Under the pieces are notes generated by a model, which was not told the origin of the DNA, did not search any database, and was given only the letters and a program-made list of their open reading frames with translations. Below, piece after piece: positions 48,955 to 59,043 of a stretch of DNA of 64,000 nucleotides. How positions within the stretch are numbered: the stretch's first letter is position 1; the number at the start of each line of letters is the position of its first letter. Position numbers and translations under genes: made by a program. The DNA comes from an uncultured Verrucomicrobiales bacterium (GTDB lineage Bacteria; Verrucomicrobiota; Verrucomicrobiia; Verrucomicrobiales; DEV007), in assembly GCA_938091905.1 (NCBI GenBank), contig CALKOM010000006.1, positions 32,001 to 96,000 on the forward strand, in the 5' to 3' direction.

Positions 48955-49292
48955 AACGCCGAGGTCAGCTCGATTTGATGAGCTCGTTATAGCTGAAAAT
49001 AGTTCTTTGATTGAGCAATGGTAAGTACGGCAATGGTCGAGAAGGTTCTTACGTGGTTCCATGGCCCCAGCTGGCGACGTAGGGCTGCGACTTTGGGAAG
49101 TTCTCGGGGAGTTCAAGGTCGAGCGCTGCGAGTTTGTTATGGAGCGGCACATTGATCGATAGCATAGCCGCGCTGCTTTGGTTGGAGTTTGCATGAATAC
49201 AATGATTCGCTCTTAAAGCGTAACAGGCCGTTCTCTTGAGCGCCACGGCTCTTCGTAAGATTGCTGACGTTTGGAATACATATTGGTTGAAA

Positions 49293-49312
49293 ATGCCGAC
49301 ATTTGTCAGCAT
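49293..49312. promoter_or_regulatory. Putative BlaI/CopY-type operator
   Basis: ATGCCGACA-TT-TGTCAGCAT near-palindrome with an ACAnnTGT core, 11 nt before the repressor ATG. Confidence 0.65.
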
Positions 49313-49323
49313 GAGTCTTTCCT

Positions 49324-49731
49324 ATGACGAAACGGCAACCGTTGTCAGATGGCGAAACCGAGCTGATGAAGTCCGTGTGGACGCTTGTAGAAGCTACTGT
49401 TCCGAATCTTGTGTTGGCGCTCAATAAGCGGCGGCAGGAAGATCCCATCACTCGTGGGACAATTCAGGTCTTGCTGAATCGGATTGAAGCGAAAGGATGG
49501 CTCAACCGAAAGAAGGTAGGCCGCGGCTACGTCTATGAGGCTAGTGTATCCGAAGCGGATGGACTTGCTGAACTAGCATCACAGTTTCGAGCTAAAGTTT
49601 TTGATGGGTCTTTCCTCCGCTTAGTGCAATCGCTAGTAAATGCGAATGGCCTGAAGAAAGAGGACATCGCTCATCTGCGTGCGCTTCTTGATCGAACAGA
49701 AGCCTCTCTCAAAGAAAGGAAAGGCAAATGA
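49324..49731 (+). CDS. BlaI/MecI/CopY family transcriptional repressor
   Basis: LSDGETELMKSVW, TIQVLLNRIEAKGWL, GRGYVY, FDGS..LVQSLV. Confidence 0.9.
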   Translation: MTKRQPLSDGETELMKSVWTLVEATVPNLVLALNKRRQEDPITRGTIQVLLNRIEAKGWLNRKKVGRGYVYEASVSEADGLAELASQFRAKVFDGSFLRLVQSLVNANGLKKEDIAHLRALLDRTEASLKERKGK

Positions 49732-50390
49732 TCGACTCAATATTCTAGCGGTTTTCAGAGCACAGCGTGGCGCTTGCGCTCGGACCCTTTCTTCTCGTGG
49801 CGGTAGCCGCGCCTGCGCTGCGATATGCGAACAGGCCTTCAATAGCGGCCAGGGCTCTTGTGCCTATTCTTCTAGCGGCTCCATTGTTGCTCTTGTTAGT
49901 TGATTCTGTAGCTCCGCCTGATTCGGCACTTTTCATGGCAGCAGTAGATACGGTCGCTCTTGGTGAAGCTGAGACTTCAAAACTATCAGCAAATGGAGTC
50001 GTAAATCGAATCGTGATCGGAGCTGCACCAAAGCTGATCGATTGGCTGGGCATGATGCTCGTGACCTGGTCCGTAGGTAGTTTATTGGGGCTGATCTGCT
50101 TGGGACGAGATCTCTTTCGTCTACACCAGCATTTCAAAGGGCTGCAGGAACTTCCTGATAGTGACGCTGCGAAGCTAACAGTCGACGTCGCCACCCATCT
50201 TCTTTATTGTATGTCTGTTATTAATACTTGCTCGTTCTGTTTTTGTAAACGTCTCCCCACTGTGCCGTGCAATCTGATTGCGGAAACGCCGTCTGCTCAG
50301 CTCGATTGTATCGTGTGGCATGAAGAGAGTCCTCTCTGTCCCCGATACGTGCAGTTCATGGACTGGAGATATGGATCGGAGATCGCGTGA
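49728..50390 (+). pseudogene. Decayed BlaR1/M56 peptidase-like sensor
   Basis: ATGA overlap with the repressor stop; in-frame TAG at 49746-49748; TM segments; QLDCIVWHEESP where an HExxH motif is expected. Confidence 0.6.
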
Positions 50391-50399
50391 CGAAGGCGG

Positions 50400-51360
50400 T
50401 GATTCAGAAGCGTGTCGAAGTGCGGGTGACGAAGTGCATGTGACCTTGCGTTACACGGCGTATTTGCATCCGGTGGACGGCACCTATGAGTATGTTTACC
50501 CGACTGTTGTCGGGCCTCGCTATGTGAGTGATCGGGGGGCTGATGATCAGTTGCAGGAAGGTTGGGTGTCGAATCCTTAACTCCAGGAGAGCGAGCGTTC
50601 TCTGACCACGGTGGCTCTGAAGGTAACGTTGAACGCGGGTATGTCGTTGCAACAAGTGGCGTCCACAAGCCATGACGTGAAGGTGGGCTACAAGAACAAG
50701 ACCTCTACCGTGGTGACAGTGGATGGTGAAGCGACGGAAGTTGGCAATCGAGACTTTATCCTGCGCTAGCAGTTGAGTGGGAGAGAGATTGCTCCTGGTT
50801 TGCTAGTGCACGAAGCCGAGAAGGGGGGATGCCTTGGGCGAGAACTTCTTCTTGCTAACCGTACAACCACCGAAACGTGTCAAGCCAGAGCAGATCGTGC
50901 CTCGGTATGATGTTGGTGTCAGGAATTGCTCCGGCTCGATGCGGAGATTCTTTCTTGATGTGAGCAAAGCCCTTCTCACGCGTTTGCTGGGAAGTATAAA
51001 ACGCCATGAGACCTTCAATGTGCTGCTCTTTGCTAGGAGTTCGCAGGCTTTCGTAGAGATTTCTGTAGCTGCGAATGCTAAGAACATCATCCGTGCCCTG
51101 AAGTTCATTGACCGGCAAGGCCGTGGCGGCACCGAGTTGCTGTCTGCCTTGGATGATGCTTTTTGTCTGCCTGGTGCGGAAGGGCATGCGTGGTCTGTCG
51201 TGGTCGTCGCGGATGGCTTTGTCACGGTGGAGCGATAGGCCTTTGCCTATGTGGACTGTGCTCTCGCTCAGGGAAACCTCTTCGCCTTTGGAATTGGCTC
51301 AAGCGTGAAGCGGCATTTGATAGAAGGACTCGTTCACGCCGGGTGAGGAGAGCCTTTCAC
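50400..51360 (+). pseudogene. Decayed VIT + von Willebrand A domain gene
   Basis: YVYPTVVGPRY, NRDFILR, GENFFLL, FNVLLFA, GGTEL, DGFV, FAFGIGSSV; stops at 50578, 50767, 51236 and 51344; frameshift near 50830; truncated after GEPF. Confidence 0.8.
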
Positions 51361-51585
51361 CATGACGAGCAGGAATCCTTTTTCCTCAGTGACTTCGCGC
51401 ATGAGCCGGATGCTTGGGTGGCCGTTCGTGCCGTGGTAGTAGATGATGGCGGGCCATTTCTCGGATGATGGGGCGTCGGGTTTCCAGAGGGGTAACTCGG
51501 TTTCCTGGTCTGGCCAAGGAAGGATGAGCAGTTCCGCCGATACGCTATAGATCGAAAGCCAAAGGAGCACCAGGCAGAAATGCAT
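51334..51585 (-). pseudogene. 5' fragment of a secreted alpha/beta hydrolase-like gene
   Basis: Signal peptide, then KWPAIIYYHGTNG; runs into the antisense of the vWA remnant after about 75 codons. Confidence 0.6.
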
Positions 51586-51631
51586 ACGGCGACTGTAGCG
51601 TTCTCTACCGAGGGTGGCAAATGCAGGGGTG

Positions 51632-52582
51632 CTACTCTTCGATGAAGAGTTGCTTCTGACGTCGCCGAAGGTGGCGGTCTTTGGGGAGGTTGACCTTGGC
51701 GGTCTCTGTGTCAGGGAGGATAAGCGTGCGAGCGCGTTCGATGAGATCGAAATCAACATTGCTCACCTTCTGACCTTTCATCCAGAGGAAGAGTAGGCGT
51801 CTTTGTAAGGCGAGCGGTAGTCTACGGAGGTTGGGGACGGAGAGTGTGGTTTGCTCTGCATCGGCTTGAACGAGGCTGTCCAAGTAATCGCTCTCTGCGG
51901 ACGTTTGCTCGGCGAGCCTGGCGACGGCCGTGCGAACATCGCGTTTAAAGGTATCCGCGAGTTGAGGAATCAACTCGTGCCTGACACGGTTGCGAAGAAA
52001 GGTGCGGTCGTCGTTGGAAGCGTCCTCACGGAACGGCCATTTCTCTTGGGAGGCTTGCTCAAGGATTTCGCTGCGCCAGATGCCTAGCAAGGGGCGATAG
52101 ATTTCCAGGCGCTTCTTGCCGATGGTTTGGGTGGAGGCTTCGCGCATGCCTCCGAGACCGCTGGATCCTGCGCCGCGGAAGAGGCTCATGAGGACGCTCT
52201 CGACCTGATCGTCGGCATGGTGAGCGAGAAAGAGGCGAGGACAGCGATGCTCCCGCGCTACTTGGGTAAAGAACGCGTAGCGGGCAGTTCTAGCAGCGGT
52301 TTCGATCGATTGCTTGCTGGCTTTGGCAAGTTTGGTGACGTTCTCGCGGGCGATGACGGCTGTGTAGTCCAACCGCTCTGCGAGTTTCCTGACAAACGTG
52401 GCATCTGCGGTGGATGCCCGGCCGCGCAGGCCATGGTTGAGATGGGCGACGACGAGCTTGCGATAGCCCAACTCATGAAGCAGGCGCAGGAGGACAACTG
52501 AATCGGCACCGCCAGAGACTCCGATGAGGTAGCGGCGAGTGACCGCATGCTGTTCAGGGAGTTGGCGCAGCGCCTCAATCAC
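51632..52582 (-). CDS. tilS: tRNA(Ile)-lysidine synthetase (start approximate)
   Basis: PP-loop VSGGADS, AHLNHGLRG, ARTARY, AHHADDQVE, RPLL, EDASN, RNRVRH. Confidence 0.95.
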   Translation of the reverse strand: MIEALRQLPEQHAVTRRYLIGVSGGADSVVLLRLLHELGYRKLVVAHLNHGLRGRASTADATFVRKLAERLDYTAVIARENVTKLAKASKQSIETAARTARYAFFTQVAREHRCPRLFLAHHADDQVESVLMSLFRGAGSSGLGGMREASTQTIGKKRLEIYRPLLGIWRSEILEQASQEKWPFREDASNDDRTFLRNRVRHELIPQLADTFKRDVRTAVARLAEQTSAESDYLDSLVQADAEQTTLSVPNLRRLPLALQRRLLFLWMKGQKVSNVDFDLIERARTLILPDTETAKVNLPKDRHLRRRQKQLFIEE

Positions 52583-52590
52583 GAGCCAAA

Positions 52591-53868
52591 CTAACGGATC
52601 TCCGTAGCCCCCCGAAGGTAAGGTTGGAGTGGCTCTGGGATCTTGATAGAGCCGTCTGGCTGTTGCCACGTCTCGACGAGCGCGACGTATAAACGTGGAA
52701 GCGCGAGGCCGGAACCGTTTAAGGTGTGGCAGAAGCGATTTTTCTTCGTCTCGGCGTCCTTGAAGCGCAGGTTCATGCGGCGCGCTTGGTAGTCGTAGAA
52801 ATTGCTACAGCTGGAAACTTCAAGGTAACCGTTGTGGCCGGGAGCCCAGACTTCGAGATCGTAGGTCTTGGCGGCAGAGAAACCGAGATCACCCGTGCAG
52901 AGCTCGATCACGCGATAATGAAGCCCTAACAGTTGCAGGGCTTTCTCGGCATGACCGGTGAGGTCCTCGAGTGCTTGAGTGGAGTTGTCAGGGTGGGTCA
53001 TTTGCACGAGCTCCACCTTGTCAAACTGGTGCATGCGGATGAGACCCTTGCTTTCACGGCCGGCAGAACCTGCTTCGCGGCGGAAGCAAGGGGTGTGGGC
53101 TGTGTATTTGATGGGAAGGTCCGCTTCGGGAACTATTTCTTCACGGCGTAGGTTGGTCACGGGGACCTCTGCCGTGGGCGCGAGAAAGAAGGCGCCGCCT
53201 TCGAGATCGTACATGTCGTCCTCGAATTTAGGGAGCTGACCGGTGCCGAACATGCATTCGCGACGCACGAGGTAGGGCGGGCTGATTTCGGTATAGCCGT
53301 GCTCTTCGGTTTGCAGGTCGAGGAGAAACTGAATGAGCGCACGCTGCAGGCGAGCGCCTTTGCCTGTGAAGACGACATAGCCCGAGCCGGAGAGGGTGGC
53401 TCCTGCTTCGAAATCAAACAGGCCCAACTCACTGCCTAGGGTGACGTGATCTTTGAGATCTTCCGTGTGTGGCTTGGCATCGCCCCAGGTGCGTGTTTCT
53501 GGATTGGCCGTTTCGTCTTGGCCGACCGGGCAATCCGCATGAGGCATGTTCGGAATGCTCAGGAGGACATCGCGTTGTTGGGTCTCTGATTCTAGCACTT
53601 GCTCGTCGAGTGCTTTGATCGATTCGCCAATCGTCCTGACATTGGCTTCGATTTCAGAGGTGTCCTGACCATCCTTACGCAACTTGCCGATTTCCTTGCT
53701 CGTTTGATTGCGTTCTTGCTGCAATTCTTGGCGCTTGGTCTCAGCCTGACGGCGTGTTTGGTCGAAGGCGAGGACTTCATCGACAAGGCCAGGATAGTCT
53801 CCGCCACGTGTTTTCACACGGGCTTTCACCTCCTCTGGTTGGTCGCGGAGTAGTCGGATATCGAGCAT
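52591..53868 (-). CDS. serS: Serine--tRNA ligase
   Basis: MLDIRLLR N-terminus, GTGQLPKF, PTAEVP, FRREAGS.G, R.HQFDKVE, EVSSCSN, HTLNGSGLA; start at 53868, not 54288. Confidence 0.97.
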   Translation of the reverse strand: MLDIRLLRDQPEEVKARVKTRGGDYPGLVDEVLAFDQTRRQAETKRQELQQERNQTSKEIGKLRKDGQDTSEIEANVRTIGESIKALDEQVLESETQQRDVLLSIPNMPHADCPVGQDETANPETRTWGDAKPHTEDLKDHVTLGSELGLFDFEAGATLSGSGYVVFTGKGARLQRALIQFLLDLQTEEHGYTEISPPYLVRRECMFGTGQLPKFEDDMYDLEGGAFFLAPTAEVPVTNLRREEIVPEADLPIKYTAHTPCFRREAGSAGRESKGLIRMHQFDKVELVQMTHPDNSTQALEDLTGHAEKALQLLGLHYRVIELCTGDLGFSAAKTYDLEVWAPGHNGYLEVSSCSNFYDYQARRMNLRFKDAETKKNRFCHTLNGSGLALPRLYVALVETWQQPDGSIKIPEPLQPYLRGATEIR

Positions 53869-53949
53869 GCGCGACCGTAGCTTATGGCCTTCAAAAGGAA
53901 AGCCGTTTTCCGGCGAGACCCTAGGCAGGACATGCGCTAGACTGGGCCC

Positions 53950-54876
53950 ATGCCGGAGTTTCGCCCTCACCTTTCTGACTGGGAACCATGTCCCTATCTG
54001 CCAGTGCCGCACGAGCCGCTCACGCACCTTGTCATGGCACCCTTTGGCAAAGGCCGTGGCGAGGACTTTTATGAAACGGCGCTGACCTATGCGGGGTCGC
54101 TGTGGTTGCAGGGCTTGCCAGCTCGTAGTCTGCTGTTGATCAATCGGGCGCTCGGTGCGGATCTCACGGGCGATGAATCCATCCTTGAGACGTGGCCACT
54201 GCCTTATGCGGCCGTGCGTTGGATCTTGGAAAATCGCGTCGACGACGAGGCTCATTTCATTGGTAATCCGCGACGTCACTATCAGCATCTAGCCACACGC
54301 ATGGTGCCTCCACGCAAAACACAACGCAGTTGGCGTGCGTGGGCGTGTTGGTATCTCTCGGTGCAAGTGCTCCCGTCCGAAGATTATCCGGCCGACGAAC
54401 TCCAGATTCGCAATGAGGGTGTTGTCGAACCGACACCGGCACAGATTGGTGAGGCGTTGGAGTCTCATGGCATTTCGGGAGAACGAGTACTTTGGGAACG
54501 TGTCTCTAACAAGACCGAAACCGTGGTTGTGCTTGGTGCGAGTGATCGGCCGGAGCGCTATGCGCACAAGGCGATCCTTCAGCTGATGGATCATGGGCTC
54601 CAGGTTATTCCCGTACATCCGCGATTGAAAGAAGTGGCGGGTTTGTCGGTAATGGCAACGCTAGACACCGTGGAAGCTCCGGTGGACACGGTGACGTTGT
54701 ATGTAAATCCGAAGATCTCGGAGCCGATGGCGAATGCCCTTGTCGCGCTCAAACCACGGCGCGTGATCTTCAATCCTGGGACCGAGTCAGCTGAGCTCTC
54801 TGCGCGATTGCAACAAGCTGGCATCGCGACCGAGGATGCGTGCACCTTGGTCCTGCTAGCAACGGGCCAGTATTAG
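53950..54876 (+). CDS. Uncharacterised N-terminal domain fused to a CoA-binding (YccU-like) domain
   Basis: C-terminal VVVLGASDRPERYA, PVHP, VDTVTLYV, RVIFNPGTE, ACTLVLL.TGQY. Confidence 0.8.
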   Translation: MPEFRPHLSDWEPCPYLPVPHEPLTHLVMAPFGKGRGEDFYETALTYAGSLWLQGLPARSLLLINRALGADLTGDESILETWPLPYAAVRWILENRVDDEAHFIGNPRRHYQHLATRMVPPRKTQRSWRAWACWYLSVQVLPSEDYPADELQIRNEGVVEPTPAQIGEALESHGISGERVLWERVSNKTETVVVLGASDRPERYAHKAILQLMDHGLQVIPVHPRLKEVAGLSVMATLDTVEAPVDTVTLYVNPKISEPMANALVALKPRRVIFNPGTESAELSARLQQAGIATEDACTLVLLATGQY

Positions 54877-54930
54877 TAGCCGCGATCTTCATAGACGCAC
54901 CCGCAGAAGATTGGCAGGGTTGGATGGACC

Positions 54931-57597
54931 ATGCCAAGTGTTTTCAGACGCACTCTTCTTTGTCTTTGCTGGTGGCCCCTCCTTGCATCAGCGCAGGACG
55001 CCTTTCCTGACCGAGAGAGCTTTGTCGCGCATCCGCGCAAAGTGGAGCAGGTGCCGATGGACGCCTTTATGTTTGGCGAGGAGTTTGCCGATGACTTGAA
55101 GATGGAGGTGTGGGCGCAATCGCCCATGATTTATTCACCCGTGGCCATGGACGTGGATGCCCAGGGGCGACTTTGGGTGACAGAAGGAATTGACTACAAT
55201 GTTAATAAGCGCATCGCGACAGGACAATCGATCATGGTGCTGAGCGATACGGATCACGATGGCAAGGCGGATGAATCGCATATCTTCGTGACGGACCAGG
55301 ATGTCAGACATGCGCCCCTCGGCATTGCGGTGTTTGATAACAGGATCGTCCTGTCATCGACACCAGACCTGATTATTTACACAGATGTGGATCGGAATGC
55401 TGTCTTTGATCCGAATGTCGACAAACGAGAAGTCTTTCTAACGGGTTTCAAGAACACCCGCCATGATCACACACTCCATGCCGTGGTGGGTTCGCCGACC
55501 GGGGAATGGTACTTCAGCTATGGGAACTGCGGTGCGGATATTCATACAAGAGATGGGCGCCAATTCCTCTCAGGCTGCTACTACGGATTCCCTGAAGCTA
55601 TTGGTAAGCCGAGTTCAGATGGGCATGTCTATGTGGGTGGCGTGGCCATGCGCATCCAGCCGGACGGAACAGGCCTTCATCCGGTGGGGCACAACCTGCG
55701 TAACACGCACGATATGTTTGTAACATCGCTAGGCGATGTGTTGCAGAGCGACAATGACGACCCTGCCCATTGTCGGTCTACGTGGTTGATGGAGCATGGC
55801 AATATGGGCTATGCGGACCTGCGAGACGGGAGCCGTTCTTGGGAAGAAGTTTCCAAGAGCTGGGACGAGCCCCAGGGCTGGCATCGTGATCTACGATTCT
55901 CTCGCTCGCACTGGCGGGAGAATTATCCTGGTGCGTTGCCTCCGGGCTCCGTATACGGGGCGGGTTCACCTACGGGAAATGTGTTCATCGAAGGAGATGA
56001 GTTGGGAAAGAACAATCGAGGTGTCTATCTTGTCTGCGACATGATGCGCAAGGAAGTCATGGCTTGTCGGCCTACAGCGAAGGACGCCCAGATCGAGATG
56101 GGCAAGCATCGTCCGTTTCTCACTCTGAAGTCGGACTCGAAAGGTGAGAACTTTCTCCCCACAGATGTGGTGATAGGGCCAGACGGCGCGCTTTATGTGA
56201 GTGATTTCTTTAACGATACCAGTCGGCGGACCAATCAGTTGTCTGGCACGATTTATCGAATCACTCACCGGGACTCGAAAGCGAGTAAGCCGCCAGTCAT
56301 CGATTTCGAATCCAATGAGGGACTGTTAACGGCGCTGAAGAATCCTGCTGTGAATGTACGTGCGGAAGCGGTAAGGCGTTTGATGAAATCTGGAGGGGTG
56401 AACTTGGCTAAGCTGAAGGCCTTCTTTGAGAACGAGCAGAATCCGTATCTACGCATGCGTTCCCTGTGGATCTTGGCCCATTTGAACCAAGCTTATGTAA
56501 GGCAGTCGCTAGAGTCCGAGGATGAATCGGAGCGGCTGGTCGCTTTCCGCGCTTTGCGAAGAGCAGATCCAAGATGCGTCCTCGGGATGGTAAATACGCT
56601 TCACCGTGACCCGGCTCCGAGCATTCGCCGAGAAGTTGCTATTGCCCTTCGTGATTATCCATTGGAGTCGTGTGAGGCCGTACTGCCCGATCTGATCAAG
56701 GGCTATGATGGGAAGAATCGTTGGTATCTCGAGGCGCTTGGTATCGCGGCGACAAAGAAAGAAGGACCGATCTACAAGAAATGGGTTCGCCCGGGTTTAA
56801 ATGAAGTTCCCTATGGGGACTGGGACATGCGAGCGAAGAACCTGGCTTGGCGGTTCCACACACCGGAGGCGATTGAGGATATTTTTGCAGTGATCCTAGC
56901 ACAGAAGCCAAGTCTTGAGGAGTTTCGCCATTTGGCGATGGCCTTTGCCAGTTTCCGCAGTGATGCGGAACGTCGCGATCGTGCAGCCAAGCTGAGTGAA
57001 CTCTCCACCTTGAAAGGCTTTGCTGACGAGGGCTATCAAATCACGATCGATGAGATTCTGAGACGCGATCTGAATGACCTGAAAGGGGAGTATGTGAGGA
57101 GTAGCATCATCGTGCCCACTTCTTTCGGAATTGAAACGACTTTGTCAGACATCGAGGTCATTGCAACTCTGGAAGGCGATGCGGTGCGCGGTAAGGTGAA
57201 GACACAGGCCTGCCTTGCCTGTCACAAAGTTCAGGGGGTGGGTGTGGTGTTTGGTCCTGACTTGTCGCATTGGGGCTCTACCCGGACCATTCCAGAGATT
57301 CTTAAAGAGATCATTGACCCCTCAGCTAAGCTTGCGCACGGCTACGACAAGCCGGTGCGGCTGATCAAAGGTGAACATGTGATGGAAGGCCAGCTTTCGA
57401 ATTTCAGTTGGCATGCCGGTTCGTTGAAATTGAAAGTATACGGTGGTCAAACGAAGAAGATCCTCTTTCGCAAGTCGGGTGCGAAGGTCGAGCGCCTGGA
57501 GAATCACTCGTGGATGCCACCTGCATCCTCTATGGGGTTAACGGATCAAGACGTGCGTGACGTGGCCGAGTATTTGAAGACACTAGGGGGATCATGA
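54931..57597 (+). CDS. PVC-type membrane-bound dehydrogenase-like protein (propeller + HEAT + cytochrome c)
   Basis: SPVAMDVD.QGRLWV, DTDHDGKAD, HNLRN, SDNDD, PTDV.IGPDGALYVSD; HEAT repeats; CLACH and GPDL. Confidence 0.88.
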   Translation: MPSVFRRTLLCLCWWPLLASAQDAFPDRESFVAHPRKVEQVPMDAFMFGEEFADDLKMEVWAQSPMIYSPVAMDVDAQGRLWVTEGIDYNVNKRIATGQSIMVLSDTDHDGKADESHIFVTDQDVRHAPLGIAVFDNRIVLSSTPDLIIYTDVDRNAVFDPNVDKREVFLTGFKNTRHDHTLHAVVGSPTGEWYFSYGNCGADIHTRDGRQFLSGCYYGFPEAIGKPSSDGHVYVGGVAMRIQPDGTGLHPVGHNLRNTHDMFVTSLGDVLQSDNDDPAHCRSTWLMEHGNMGYADLRDGSRSWEEVSKSWDEPQGWHRDLRFSRSHWRENYPGALPPGSVYGAGSPTGNVFIEGDELGKNNRGVYLVCDMMRKEVMACRPTAKDAQIEMGKHRPFLTLKSDSKGENFLPTDVVIGPDGALYVSDFFNDTSRRTNQLSGTIYRITHRDSKASKPPVIDFESNEGLLTALKNPAVNVRAEAVRRLMKSGGVNLAKLKAFFENEQNPYLRMRSLWILAHLNQAYVRQSLESEDESERLVAFRALRRADPRCVLGMVNTLHRDPAPSIRREVAIALRDYPLESCEAVLPDLIKGYDGKNRWYLEALGIAATKKEGPIYKKWVRPGLNEVPYGDWDMRAKNLAWRFHTPEAIEDIFAVILAQKPSLEEFRHLAMAFASFRSDAERRDRAAKLSELSTLKGFADEGYQITIDEILRRDLNDLKGEYVRSSIIVPTSFGIETTLSDIEVIATLEGDAVRGKVKTQACLACHKVQGVGVVFGPDLSHWGSTRTIPEILKEIIDPSAKLAHGYDKPVRLIKGEHVMEGQLSNFSWHAGSLKLKVYGGQTKKILFRKSGAKVERLENHSWMPPASSMGLTDQDVRDVAEYLKTLGGS

Positions 57598-58454
57598 GCC
57601 TGGAGGTGGTTGAGCTAAAATTGGAATTGCTGCGGTCCTGGTATCGCAGTCGCCCCAGCGATGCCTACAAGAATCAAGCGGGTCATGTGGCCATATTCGC
57701 CGGTTCGTTAGGCTTCACTGGCGCCGCAGAACTGACAGCCGAGGCGGCATTGAGTGGCGGTGCTGGGCTGGTCTCATTGTATGTAGAGTCTAGCATCCAT
57801 ACGATTGTTGCGATGCGATGTCCTCCCGAGATCATGGTCCATCCGTTGCCACCGACTATGACAGCGGAAACCCTGTCTGATCTGAGTGCGGATGTCTTTG
57901 CTTTTGGCCCTGGGATCGGAAATTCCCCAGACGAGGCATTCTTGGATTGGTTACAGAGTGAGACCCGACCCATCGTTGTGGATGCTGATGGCCTCAATCT
58001 GATGGCCCGTCACTTGGATAAGCGATTGTCCATCGCCCAAGCAGGGCCACGTGTATTGACTCCGCATCCCGGTGAGTTTGCCAGGCTCTTTCCAAAGGAA
58101 ACGACGTTGCCCACGCGACGTGAGCGTGCGGAAGCAGTCGCCCAGGCGTTTCCCCTAACGCTGCTTTACAAGGGAGAGAAGACACTGATTGCTCAGCAAG
58201 GGGGGGCTGTGTATCGAAACACGACGGGAAACCCTGGCATGGCCACAGGAGGGATGGGAGATGTGCTTACGGGCATCATCGTGGCCTTGGTGGCGCAGGG
58301 TTATGCGTCGGAGCACGCGGCTTGCCTGGGCGCCTGGCTGGCTGGGCGTGCGGCTGATCACGCCATTGAATCTGGTGTGGCGACCCATGAGACCCTTCGT
58401 CCCACGACGGTGATACTGCATCTTGCCGGTGCATTCCGGGAGATTAACGGCTGA
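57594..58454 (+). CDS. nnrD: ADP-dependent NAD(P)H-hydrate dehydratase
   Basis: GAGLV, GPGIG, VVDADGL, LTPHPGEF.RL, GNPGMATGGMGDVLTG. Confidence 0.92.
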   Translation: MSLEVVELKLELLRSWYRSRPSDAYKNQAGHVAIFAGSLGFTGAAELTAEAALSGGAGLVSLYVESSIHTIVAMRCPPEIMVHPLPPTMTAETLSDLSADVFAFGPGIGNSPDEAFLDWLQSETRPIVVDADGLNLMARHLDKRLSIAQAGPRVLTPHPGEFARLFPKETTLPTRRERAEAVAQAFPLTLLYKGEKTLIAQQGGAVYRNTTGNPGMATGGMGDVLTGIIVALVAQGYASEHAACLGAWLAGRAADHAIESGVATHETLRPTTVILHLAGAFREING

Positions 58455-58578
58455 AGAGAATTCGATATTACTTTGTTAAGCCGCCATTTTCGCGAGCGAA
58501 AGGATTGTCTCGGACAGAATTGCAGAATTTGTAAAATTAACAGAAGATAAAGAATGATCAATGAATCTATCATTAGAG

Positions 58579-58989
58579 CTATTTCAGTTTCTGGCCAACA
58601 AAGTATTTAGGTGTTGTGATGGGGTTGTCTTGAAAACTTACCGGCTCAGTGGCCGGTTTCGCCGGAGGCGGTTGAATCGGTGGATCAGCTTGGGAATAGC
58701 GAGCCACCATCCAGAGTACGACGAGTGCGAACACAAGGTATGCCAATGGAAGAATGCCAGTGAAGAAGAGACCCTTGCTGGGTTCGTTCCGAAATCAGAT
58801 GGCCGCTACGAGTGCATAGAGGCCAACGAGCAATGCTAGAATTGCACAGAGCAAGAAGAATCCCAACGCTGCAATGCCTGCATCGATTCTTGTCTTGTCT
58901 TTCGCGGCCCAACGAGGTCCGACCACTCCTGCGGTTGTGAATACTCCGGACAGCGTGACGGAAAACAGAATGTGAAGTCGTCGATTCAT
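58579..58989 (-). pseudogene. Small three-TM membrane protein gene interrupted by an in-frame TGA
   Basis: The 64 aa ORF continues past TGA (58795-58797) as FRNEPSKGLFFTGILPLAYLVFALVVLWMVARY... to a TAG at 58579. Confidence 0.5.
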
Positions 58990-59043
58990 TGCATTTAGGG
59001 AAGTGTGGTGTTAGCCTGGGCCTGCCACATTTGCCCAAGAAAC

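Noticed and set aside
48955..49290. Short - strand ORFs upstream of the BlaI-type gene
   Set aside because: No motif support, and one overlaps the operator; at most unidentifiable decayed sequence.
50578..51346. Stop-codon recoding in the VIT/vWA region
   Set aside because: Mixed TAA, TAG and TGA stops together with a frameshift and lost motifs indicate ordinary pseudogenisation.
53869..54288. 140 aa N-terminal extension of SerS in the ORF track
   Set aside because: It overlaps the divergent gene at 53950, and the canonical MLDI start is at 53868.
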